DNA of 64,000 nt from Azolla caroliniana (Eukaryota; Plantae; Polypodiophyta): assembly GCA_043228905.1 (NCBI GenBank), contig JBHGNT010000006.1, forward strand, positions 18,972,001 to 19,036,000, in the 5' to 3' direction. The position numbers and the translations under genes were made by a program. The notes beneath the pieces were generated by a model that had not been told where the DNA came from, made no database searches, and saw only the letters and a list, made by a program, of their open reading frames with translations. This document shows, in pieces, positions 38,929 through 49,099 of the stretch; position 1 is the stretch's first letter, and the number at the start of each line of letters is the position of its first letter.

Positions 38929-41900
38929 TGTCGCGTTGTTACGCGCGTGCGTGGAGAAGGGCGGAACCACGGGGGTCTTGGACTAAGGAGAAGGGGAGAA
39001 GGAATAGGACTTCGGAATGGAGCTTGGCACAAGAAGAGAAAGAATGAACAAGAGGAAGATGGAGGCCAAATGCTCAACAAGATATATTAGAACCGAAAAC
39101 CGATTACAAAATGGCGGCCGCGTAGGCCGCACCGAACGACTATGATAAACCCGAAACCCTAATCCGACGAAGAAGAAAAGAAACCCTAAACGAAACCCTA
39201 ACCCTAAAACGAAATGGTATACCTCACTCACACTCAAAAATAAGGCAACCCCCACAATGGTGCTCTTCCTCTCCTTTTATAGCACAAGGAGAGAAGACCG
39301 TTTTCAAAAGGGTGCTACAAAATATCCCCTTTCAATCAATGGGGATATTTCCCTTGATTTTAGGGGAGGTGGGAAGGATGGGTCTTAACTCCTACCTCTA
39401 CACGAACTACCACGTACCTATCTCTCTCTCTCACGTGGATGTGCGCGCAAAAGCACATCACCTTTACACTTTACAAATCCTAAGGTGCATTTCTAGCACC
39501 ATACTTATCACTATCGATAAATAGAAATACAACATGGTGATGTGCAACGTTGCACATCGCGGGTTTGCTTGCTTCGCTCGGTTTTCCGCCTATGGACGAA
39601 AATCTTCACGACATCCGCCCCCACCTAACCGCACATCCACCGGTATGTGCCAAAAGGGGAACAAAACGCGAGATTTTCGGCCAAGGCGGCCAACCGAGCC
39701 CTTGACAACCTCGTGGGCTTGCCCGGCTTCGTCTTCCACTTCGAGCTAGTCCACCCCGTCCACACGAACCACCGTCGCCTTCCGGCCCACCATCTCCGCC
39801 GAATGGTCTCGAACCGTCGGCTCCACCCGATCCGCCACGTCCACCGTGTTTCCTCGAACCACCGTCTACATCCGGACCGCCGTTTCCGATGCCCGCGCTT
39901 TCTTCCCCGATCGGTCCTCCCGAACGTCGTCGCCGACCCTTTGTCCGCCTCGCATATCCTCCGGATCCGCCTTTTTCGTGCCGCGCACCTCGTCGTGCCG
40001 ACTCTTCTCGCTCCGCGCTTGCCTTCCGTAGGCTTTCCCCGTACGTCGGTGTCATCCTCCGAATGCGTGCTCATGCTTCGGTCCTTCGATGACCCCATCA
40101 CGCATTTTTCGCCTTCCCTTTGCTTGCCGTGCTCTCTCGCCGTAGAGCATACCATCGTTCCCGTGCTCGTTGCTTGGCCCTCATGCGGCCGCATTGCACG
40201 TTTCGCATTCCGCTCCTCTTCGCATACCCTTTCGGAAAGGTACCTTCCTTCCCCGACCTCCGTTTCGCTCGGAGGAACACCCTCTTGGCCCTCTTGGCCC
40301 GCTCGACCGCACACATCCTTCGTGATGTCGTGTTCGTTCTTTTGGGCGCATACATCTTCGTTCTCCGCGACCTCCCGTATGCCTCTCTCGGTGCCTTCAT
40401 CCGTTGTGGCCTTCGTCCCCTCGCCGCCACCGTCCGCCACTCTTGGTCTCACGTCGGCACTCGCGCCGACCGCCGGAGTCTCTATAGCCGGTGTAGAGGA
40501 TCCCTCTCGGGCCTTATCTTCGTGGCCGCCGGTCTTAGCCTCTCCGTAGGCCACCTCTTCCCACCAATCTTCCCTAGCATCGTGCCAGGTCTCGTCGTCG
40601 CCGCCTTCCTCCTCGTATTCGCCTCTCGAAGGCGTGATCCGACCGTCATCTTCGGTCGCTCGATGTGGCTCCTTCGTAGGCATGCTTGTGTCTTGGCCCT
40701 CCATCGGCCGTATTGCATGCATCTCGTCTCGCTCTTCCGCCGTAGACCCGACCTCCGTGTCGGTCTTCTCCTCCTTTGTCGCCGTAGCCCGTTCCGACAC
40801 GGGCTCGCCGTCTCGGACCCACCTGTCCACCATCTCGTACCGGATATCCGTTCCGGTAACCTCGTACGCTCCGGCCTCCGACTCCTCGCCGCCACCCGTC
40901 GTTTCTCCGGTCTTATGTTGATCCGCAACCGCCGTAGTCTCTAGAGTGGGTATGGAGGGTCTCGTTTGTTTCCGTTTTTCCCCCGAACCATGGTCGTCGT
41001 GCCCGGTTAGCCTCCATCTCGCGCTTACCGGCTCCCATCGTAACCGTAACCGTAACCGTAACCGGCCAATCGGTCTCGCCGGCTTCCTTCGGTTTGGGCC
41101 CGGTTCGCCGGCCCTTACTCTCTTCTTCTTCCGTGCCGTATTCCGGTCGGGTCGGTTCCCGACTCTCTCCTCGTTTCCACTCCGGTCCTCTCCGTCGGAC
41201 CCACCGTATACGCCCATTCCGGGCCCCGCATACTCGTCTTCGTATGCGCTCTCTCCGGGCCTCACCTCCTCACGGTCCCCGCCCATCTCTCCGGTCTCAC
41301 GTTGGCATTCGAGCACAACCGCCGAAGTCTCCGGCCCCGGTGTCAAGGGGTCTTGCCTCCGTCCGCTCCAATCTTCCTTCTCGTTTCCGTTGCCCGCCTT
41401 GCCGCCGTCACCTCCCGTCGCACTAAGCCTCATGCCGGCACTCGGGCCGGCCATTGGAGCCTCTAGGATTGGTGTGGGTAAGGACCCGGCACCGCCGCTT
41501 GTTGTCTCCGTAGTTGCTTTCGTTCGGACGTCGCTGTCCGCGGCTCCCCCATCTCCGATTCCGTAAGCCTCTAGTATGTTTGCCACCACCTCTTCTTCGC
41601 CGTTCTCCGCGTCATTTTGTTTGCCCGTCTTGCCGCCGCCACCGCCCGTCGTTCTAGGTCTCGTGCCGGCACTCGGGCCGACCGCCGAAGCCTCTAGGGC
41701 CGGTGTGTGGAAGGTCGCGGCACCACCGCTCGCCTCCTCTCCGCTCGATGTTTTGGGCCGCCGTGCCCCGAATCTTCCGCCCACTTTCGAAGTGGCGCTC
41801 TCCGCTTCGTAGTCACCGGCCTCATCCTTGGCCGTCCATTCGCCGCAAGACGAGAGGGGTTTTCGCTCCGCACCCTCTCCCATGTCGTCGTCGTTTCGGT

Positions 41901-44566
41901 TGCCCGCCTTGCCGCCGCCACCGTCCGTCACTCTAGGCCTCTCGCCGGCTCTCGGGCCGGGTGCCGGAGTCTCTAGGACCGGTGTGTGGAAGGCCGCGGC
42001 ACCACCACTCCTCTCGTCCGTAGCCACCTCCATTCGGACATCGTCGTCCATGGCTACCCCGTCTTCGGTTTCGCAAGCATCGAGTATGCTTGCCGCCGCC
42101 TCTTCTTCGCCGGTCTCCGCGTCATCTCGTTTGCCCGCCTTGCCGCCGCCACCGCCCGTCGTTCTAGGTCTCGTGCCGGCACTCGGGCCGACCGCCGAAG
42201 CCTCTAGGGCCGGTGTGTGGAAGGTCGCGACACCATCGCTCGTTTCGTCTTCCTCCTCCATTTCGCAAGCCTCGAGTATGCTCGCGAAATCCTCGTAGAA
42301 CGTTTCGGGCAACCGTGTCCCGAAACTTCCGCCCACTCTCGAAGTGGCGTCCATCGCTCCGTAGATATCGGCCTCGTCCATGGCCGTTCTTTTTTCCCGA
42401 GATGAGAGGGTCGCTTGCTCCGCACCTTCTCTCGTGTCGACGCCGTGGTCGCCCGCCTTGCCACCGCCACCGCCTTTCACCATAGGTCTTACGCGGGCAC
42501 TCGGGCCGGCCGCCGTGATCTCTAGGAATGACGCGTGTAAGGTCGCGGGACCGCCGCTCGTCGATGTAATGTCCGTAGCCACCTCCGCTCGGACGTCGTT
42601 GTCCGTGGCTACCCCGCCTCCGTATATGCAAGCATCGGTCATGCTTGCCGCCGCCTCTTCCGCGGTCTCCTTACCGTTGTCTCGGTTGCCCGCCTTGCCG
42701 CCGCCACCGTTCTTCTCCCTCGGTCTCACGCGGGCGCTCGGGCCGGCCGCCGTGGTCTCTTGAACCGGTGCGTGGAAGGTTGCGGTACCGCCGCTTGTCT
42801 CCTCCGTACTCGATGATTCGGGCCACCATGTCCCGAATCCGCCATGTCCGCTCGAATCGGCGATCGCCGCCTCACCGTCCCCGACCTCGCCCTCGGTCGT
42901 TCTTTTCCCCCATGTCGAGAGGGCGGCTCGCTCCGCACCCTCTCCCGTGGTACCGATGTACCATTCTCTTTCGGCCTCCGCATAGGCCCCGTCCTCCATG
43001 TGTGAGGAAGCTCCTTCCTCCGCGTCCTCCGATCCGCTCGGGCCCGACCCCGCAATAAGCCATTCTTCGGCTTCGATTTTCGCCATTACGAGCCCGCACG
43101 CCTCCCGTATTAGCGCTTGTAGGTCGGGCCCCTCCAAACCGGTTCGCGATGAGCTCTCGTCCGGCGGCATGGCGTAGTCGGTCGTCGCTCTCTCTTCTCC
43201 CCCGCTCGCGAGCCGTGTTGTGGCCGACCGCCTCGCCTCATGTTGCCGACACACCCATTCCACTTCGGGCCACTCCTCGGTGAGACCATGCGCCCCATAA
43301 TCGTCTTGAAGCTCGAACATGATGTCCATCCTCTCCTCATGATGGACCGTCTCCAAAAATAGGAGGACTTTGTCCGCCCCCACCGATCTTCGTTCCCACT
43401 CCGAGAGTTGAGAGAAACGACGCTCGAACTCTCGGAATGCCTCCATTGCGCTCCGATGGCGCCTCGCCGACGCCACCCACCGATCGAACTCTCGCCGACC
43501 TCTTACCTCCGATTCCGCGCACCCGTATGCCTCCATTAGAGCCCCTTCAAAGGACTCCCACGATTCGTGAGCTTCTTGGAGCTCCTTGACCTCCTCGTAC
43601 TTTGATGCGGCCGCCGCTCGACGAAAGAACTCTAGCCTCGTCGCTTCGTCCACGCCCATCCTCGTCATTTCCGCATCGTAGGCTCTCAAAAATTTTGGGA
43701 CCTCCTTCCCATCGAACCGGCCGACTAGATGGACCACCCTTTCGACCGCTTGTTGAGCCGCCTCTCGCCTCGCCCTCTTCCGTCCGGCGTCCATCAAGAT
43801 CTTTGTCATCATCTCCTCGAAGTCGAAGCCTTCTTCCATCTCTTTCTCCCTTGCCGCCCTTCACGTCGGGTTCACCAAAGATGTCGCGTTGTTACGCGCG
43901 TGCGTGGAGAAGGGCGGAACCACGGGGGTCTTGGACTAAGGAGAAGGGGAGAAGGAATAGGACTTCGGAATGGAGCTTGGCACAAGAAGAGAAAGAATGA
44001 ACAAGAGGAAGATGGAGGCCAAATGCTCAACAAGATATATTAGAACCGAAAACCGATTACAAAATGGCGGCCGCGTAGGCCGCACCGAACGACTATGATA
44101 AACCCGAAACCCTAATCCGACGAAGAAGAAAAGAAACCCTAAACGAAACCCTAACCCTAAAACGAAATGGTATACCTCACTCACACTCAAAAATAAGGCA
44201 ACCCCCACAATGGTGCTCTTCCTCTCCTTTTATAGCACAAGGAGAGAAGACCGTTTTCAAAAGGGTGCTACAAAATATCCCCTTTCAATCAATGGGGATA
44301 TTTCCCTTGATTTTAGGGGAGGTGGGAAGGATGGGTCTTAACTCCTACCTCGACACGAACTACCACGTACCTATCTCTCTCTCTCACGTGGATGTGCGCG
44401 CAAAAGCACATCACCTTTACACTTTACAAATCCTAAGGTGCATTTCTAGCACCATACTTATCACTATCGATAAATAGAAATACAACATGGTGATGTGCAA
44501 CGTTGCACATCGCGGGTTTGCTTGCTTCGCTCGGTTTTCCGCCTATGGACGAAAATCTTCACGACA
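38929..44566 (-). mobile_element. Young non-autonomous, pol-less LTR retrotransposon (Gag-only, TR-GAG-like), tRNA-Trp PBS
   Basis: 685-bp LTRs 38929-39613 and 43882-44566 (one substitution seen); PBS TGGTGAACCCGACGTGA 43861-43877; PPT GGTGGGGGCGGA 39614-39625; 4-bp TSD ACGT whose removal restores host YTPRPPIDV. Confidence 0.93.
39625..43839 (-). CDS. 1404-aa Gag-like protein with a long acidic/Gly-rich repetitive C-terminal extension
   Basis: N-terminal ~200 aa resemble the gag at 27333 (RFDGKEVPKFLRAYDAEM; WESFEGALMEAY; DKVLLFL; LTEEWPEV); six repeats of TFHTPxLExxAxGPSAGxRPRxTGGGGGKAG; no PR/RT/IN motifs. Confidence 0.75.
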   Translation of the reverse strand: MEEGFDFEEMMTKILMDAGRKRARREAAQQAVERVVHLVGRFDGKEVPKFLRAYDAEMTRMGVDEATRLEFFRRAAAASKYEEVKELQEAHESWESFEGALMEAYGCAESEVRGRREFDRWVASARRHRSAMEAFREFERRFSQLSEWERRSVGADKVLLFLETVHHEERMDIMFELQDDYGAHGLTEEWPEVEWVCRQHEARRSATTRLASGGEERATTDYAMPPDESSSRTGLEGPDLQALIREACGLVMAKIEAEEWLIAGSGPSGSEDAEEGASSHMEDGAYAEAEREWYIGTTGEGAERAALSTWGKRTTEGEVGDGEAAIADSSGHGGFGTWWPESSSTEETSGGTATFHAPVQETTAAGPSARVRPREKNGGGGKAGNRDNGKETAEEAAASMTDACIYGGGVATDNDVRAEVATDITSTSGGPATLHASFLEITAAGPSARVRPMVKGGGGGKAGDHGVDTREGAEQATLSSREKRTAMDEADIYGAMDATSRVGGSFGTRLPETFYEDFASILEACEMEEEDETSDGVATFHTPALEASAVGPSAGTRPRTTGGGGGKAGKRDDAETGEEEAAASILDACETEDGVAMDDDVRMEVATDERSGGAAAFHTPVLETPAPGPRAGERPRVTDGGGGKAGNRNDDDMGEGAERKPLSSCGEWTAKDEAGDYEAESATSKVGGRFGARRPKTSSGEEASGGAATFHTPALEASAVGPSAGTRPRTTGGGGGKTGKQNDAENGEEEVVANILEAYGIGDGGAADSDVRTKATTETTSGGAGSLPTPILEAPMAGPSAGMRLSATGGDGGKAGNGNEKEDWSGRRQDPLTPGPETSAVVLECQRETGEMGGDREEVRPGESAYEDEYAGPGMGVYGGSDGEDRSGNEERVGNRPDRNTARKKKRVRAGEPGPNRRKPARPIGRLRLRLRLRWEPVSARWRLTGHDDHGSGEKRKQTRPSIPTLETTAVADQHKTGETTGGGEESEAGAYEVTGTDIRYEMVDRWVRDGEPVSERATATKEEKTDTEVGSTAEERDEMHAIRPMEGQDTSMPTKEPHRATEDDGRITPSRGEYEEEGGDDETWHDAREDWWEEVAYGEAKTGGHEDKAREGSSTPAIETPAVGASADVRPRVADGGGEGTKATTDEGTERGIREVAENEDVCAQKNEHDITKDVCGRAGQEGQEGVPPSETEVGEGRYLSERVCEEERNAKRAMRPHEGQATSTGTMVCSTAREHGKQREGEKCVMGSSKDRSMSTHSEDDTDVRGKPTEGKRGARRVGTTRCAARKRRIRRICEADKGSATTFGRTDRGRKRGHRKRRSGCRRWFEETRWTWRIGWSRRFETIRRRWWAGRRRWFVWTGWTSSKWKTKPGKPTRLSRARLAALAENLAFCSPFGTYRWMCG

Positions 44567-47500
44567 ACGTGGCGTATAACCATACATCAACATGAATGGA
44601 CTGTATTTTGTCGATGTATGCTTAGCGTTGTTGTAGGCAAATTCCACCATAGGAAGGTAAGTCTCCCATAATGAGGGTTTTTGTGCTACATATGCTCTCA
44701 ACATATCCTCTAATATCTTATTCACTCTCTCAGTCTACCCATCTGGTTGAGGATGATCAGAAGAATTGAGACTGAAGGTTGTTTGTAGTTTCTGCATAAC
44801 TTCTGACCAAAATGTACTTGTAAACTTGGAGTCTTGATCACTTACAATCTCCATCGGTAGACCATATAAGCTATAAAGATGTTTAATAAACTTAATAGCC
44901 AATTGCTTTGTGGTAATTGTGGATTTTGTTGGAATGAATCTTGCCATCTTGGTAAGCCGATCAACAACCACCCAAATGACATTATTTCCCTCAACGGAAC
45001 GAGGTAATCCAACTATGAAATCCATGGATATACTTTGCCACTTTTCAGCTTGAATATCGAGAGGTTGCAATAAGCCAGCTTTTTTCTGTCGCTCAGCCTT
45101 AATGACCTGACATTGTGGACAACGAATGACATAGGACTCTACCTCAAGTTTCATTTTTGGCCAAAAAAACCTAGCTTTAATCAAAGCTAATGTTCTTTGC
45201 ATAGTTGGATGTCCAACAGAAGAGGCATCATGACATTCATACAGAATTTTATTCTTGATGTCCTTTATGTATGGTATGCAAACCTTACTATTGCAGTACA
45301 ATAACCCATTTGCAACATAGTAAAGGTTCTTCGGGGTAGATGTGGTTCCATGATCGACGTCAATACCTGTTTCAACTCTCTTCCAGAACTTTGAAAATGT
45401 TCTGTCATCAAGGTATTTTTGTTTACCCTGGATCAAATCATATAAGTCATTGTTAAATTCCACGAAACTTAGGGCATTAATTTCTGGAATACGACTCAGG
45501 GAATCTGCAATGGAATTCAAAGCCCCTTTTCGATATCTAATTTCGAAATCAAAGTCTTGCATCAACTCCGCCCATCTTGCCTTTCGACCCTCAAAATTCT
45601 TTTGATAGAGGAAGTATTGCAAGGATTTGTGATCTGTTAAAACAGTAAATTTACTACCGTACAAATAATGTCGCCATTTTCAGACAAGTGACACATATCT
45701 TGTATCACTTGAGAAGTTGTCTTGGGACGGACAAATTCCATCCTGAGAGTCTTTTCAAATGCCTCCCATGTTCCTAGTTTTCTATCCAACCGCTCCCACC
45801 ATGAGTTTGCAGCACCGATCATCTCACAAACCGCCATATCGATCTTTTCAGAGTCATTCTGAATATTCTCAAGGCGAAAGTGAGTATTCCATCGGTTTAG
45901 CGAACTACTCACAAACTCATGGTTGCGTTGCTTATCCTTTCCCGAGAACTATTGAGGAGTAAATGAAGGCTTCTTCGTATTGCTTGATGTGGAAGCGTGT
46001 GCCTTTAGCTCCAAAATTTTGTTGTTGAAGTTTTTCAAATTGATGCCTATTGCCATCAAGAACCCCTTCAAGTTTGGAGGAGAACGCAGTTGTGACCATT
46101 GTCATTGACTTGACAATATCATCTTGCATTTTACGAAAATCATCCCTCGGGACAAATTCGATATCGTCGTTAATATCTTCGTCACGGACTGAAGATATTG
46201 GTTGGTCGTCCTCATCTAGCATAGGAGAAATTGGATGACCTTGACGGGTGGGAGATGTGGGATGTGTCAAAAAACTACGATGATTGGGAGATGTGTGATG
46301 TGTGGAATTAGGAGTGGAGGAAGCCATGATAAATAAGGAGAGTTGAGAGAGGACGGAAATAAGTATACTAAAGTCTAAAGTACTCAAGTATTATAAGACT
46401 TTAGAATTTGGATGAAGGAGTGAAATATGATATATTATCATGAGAGATAATACTTATATACCTTTTTACATTCAAGTCGGTGAGGATAAAAGACCCCCCC
46501 CCTATGATATATCCCATTTAGGAAATTATCCGCTTTTTATCTATTTTGATTCCTAGATTAGACATTAGGAAATAAGACCCCCCCTTTTTAGGAAGTCGGT
46601 GACGTGTAGTCAGTTACCACCTTTCTCAAGATAATCCCTCAAATTCTTCCAAACTAGGAAATTCTCCTTTTTTAGTTAAAGAAAATTCCTAGTTTAGGTT
46701 TTAGGAATAAACATCCCCCCTTTTTGGAAGTCGATGGGAATAGCTTGTGATTTCCAAGAGAATCACTGCTAACAAACAGGAGTAATGATCAAAACATCCC
46801 TTCAATCATCATCCCCCTTTTCTTCTGTTGACTGGTCAGAAGAGCAAGGACAAGTGGGAAGGCAGAGTCGGATCGGATAATAGGAAGTAAATAATAGTAG
46901 AATTATTATTCGGAGGGACGGATCCGGTACAGTTGTACCGATCCGGATCCGGACCGATTCGGATGCCGGTTGCCTAAGCGCACCGATTGTAACCTTGCCG
47001 GATGCCTATAAAAGGATCCGATGATTTGTAAAGGTTTTGACGGAAGTAATACAAATAGAATTATTGCGTGTTTATCTGTATCTCTGTATTGTTTTACCGT
47101 CTGTGCTTAATTGTAATCATCTTACGCGTGTAACCTAGCATCCAATCCTTACCACCCCTTTGGAGAAGTGTCGGATAGACACCTATGTTGAGGCTAGTCC
47201 GGCCAGGCAGACAACACTATTTTGGCGACCACGATTCCTGCAAAGTGCAGAGGACAACCGGGGGATGGATGTCTAGACCAAACGACGACCACATCACCGA
47301 ACGAGGGAGACGATACACCGAACGAGAGCAACGACGGGAAGCCCTGCAGCAAGCCGTCGACGAGATCCGGCGAGATCGGTCATTCTCCAGAACTCTTCGG
47401 AGAGTCGCAGAAGAAGCACTGCAGTTCTGGGTTCTGCAAGTCCCCGACGAAGGCAGTAGCATAACAAGCCTGCAAGAGGCGGAAACGATACTACAGACGC

Positions 47501-48567
47501 TCGCCGGGGGCGACGGGGACTCGGAAGCATTCGCAACACTTGAGGCGGAGTCGGAAAGCGACGGAAGCGTTGCGTGCCGGTATAAAAGCAGCCACGACAC
47601 ACCAAACGACCTGGGGGAAGAGGGGTCGGAAGACTCAGTAACACCGGAGCCAGAGGAAGAAATAACCTTGGAGTTCGGTGACCGGCAATCGCCGAGGGAG
47701 GCTGACCGGATACCGACAACACCCGCGAAGGAACCGAAGGATGCATCCTTCCCGATATCCCACTGATGCATCTCGAGTCGGCCTAATAGGCACGCTACTT
47801 AGCGGCTCAGCCTTGGCATGGTTTGCTCCGCTTCTAGAGAAACAATCACCCTTACTTAATAATTTTGAAGATTTTATTGGTGAGTTTAAAGCCTGCTTTG
47901 GAGACACCGACAGCATCAGGACGGCGATCAACAAGATCCGGCGATTGCGTCAAGGCGATCGTCCAGCCTCTGCCTACGCGGCGGATTTCCGCCTACTTGC
48001 TTCAGATATACCCTGGGATGATCAAGCACTAATGGAGCAGTTTCGCTATGGCTTGCGAAACGATGTCAAAGATCTACTTCTAACTTTCCCCGAAGAACCA
48101 AAGTCTCTTACGGAGGCAATCAGTCGAGCAGTTCGATGTGACGACCGCCTTTTTGAACGGCGTTCAGAACGTCAATTACAGATACCACGCTCTAGGCCAG
48201 AGCCCACTTACGCCGTAGTCGCGGCTAAACCGTTTGCACGAGACATACCTCAAGCAAATACTTCGACACCGATGGAGATCGATACCATGCGTCAACGCGG
48301 CCCGTTATCGGAAGAAGAAAAGCAACGACGACGTGCCAATCGATTATGTCTTTATTGCGGTGGACCAGGACATATCGCCATCAATTGTCCCCATAGGCCA
48401 AGAAGACAGGTAAATCAAATCGTCGCCTGTACTAAACCCGAGTCAATTCTTCCCTTCGGAGTGTCTGATAGTATTAATAGTACTAATAGAGTGTCAGATA
48501 GTATTCATAGTACTAATAGCCCAAGTATCTCAAATAAATTTGAAATCCTTAGTCAATTAGATGAAGA

Positions 48568-48612
48568 GTTAAACGATTGAGTCCAGCCAAAATAGGAGCC
48601 ATTTGGTTGGAC
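48568..48612 (+). promoter_or_regulatory. Putative -1 ribosomal frameshift signal (gag-pol)
   Basis: GTTAAAC slippery heptamer, 6-nt spacer, 11-bp stem GTCCAGCCAAA/TTTGGTTGGAC; the protease frame is -1 relative to gag. Confidence 0.7.
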
Positions 48613-49099
48613 AGCAGCCCTAGATCTGTACAGCCCATTAGTGGTTCCATTCCTTCCAAGCAAGTTAGCAATGTGTTCCTAGCCCAAGTCATTGTTAGTA
48701 CTAAAAGTACTCCCCCAATACCCGTCCTAGCACTTTTAGATTCCGGAGCTAATTCCTGTTTCATGGATCGAAATTTTGCCCAAGCTTCTCAGATATCCTT
48801 AAGAAAACTTCCTTGTCCCGCATCTGTAGTGGTCATTGATGGTCGTCCCATTGCTTCCGGGAATATTGTAGAAGAATCAGAACCCATTCAAGTTGTCCTA
48901 GGTAGTTTTGTGTGTATAATATCATTTAATATAATTAGTAGTCCAGCCCATTGTCCTAGGATTACCTTGGCTTGAATTACATAATCCAGCCATAGATTGG
49001 AGAACAAGAGAAGTCCGATATCGACCACCCCAAGAATCAACTCACCGAGTTTCGACCATTTCACTCCATCAACTACGCGAAGAAGGACCCAAGGAGGCA

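Noticed and set aside
39647-43058. Many plus-strand ORFs antisense to the 1404-aa ORF
   Set aside because: Shadow ORFs of GC-rich coding-like sequence.
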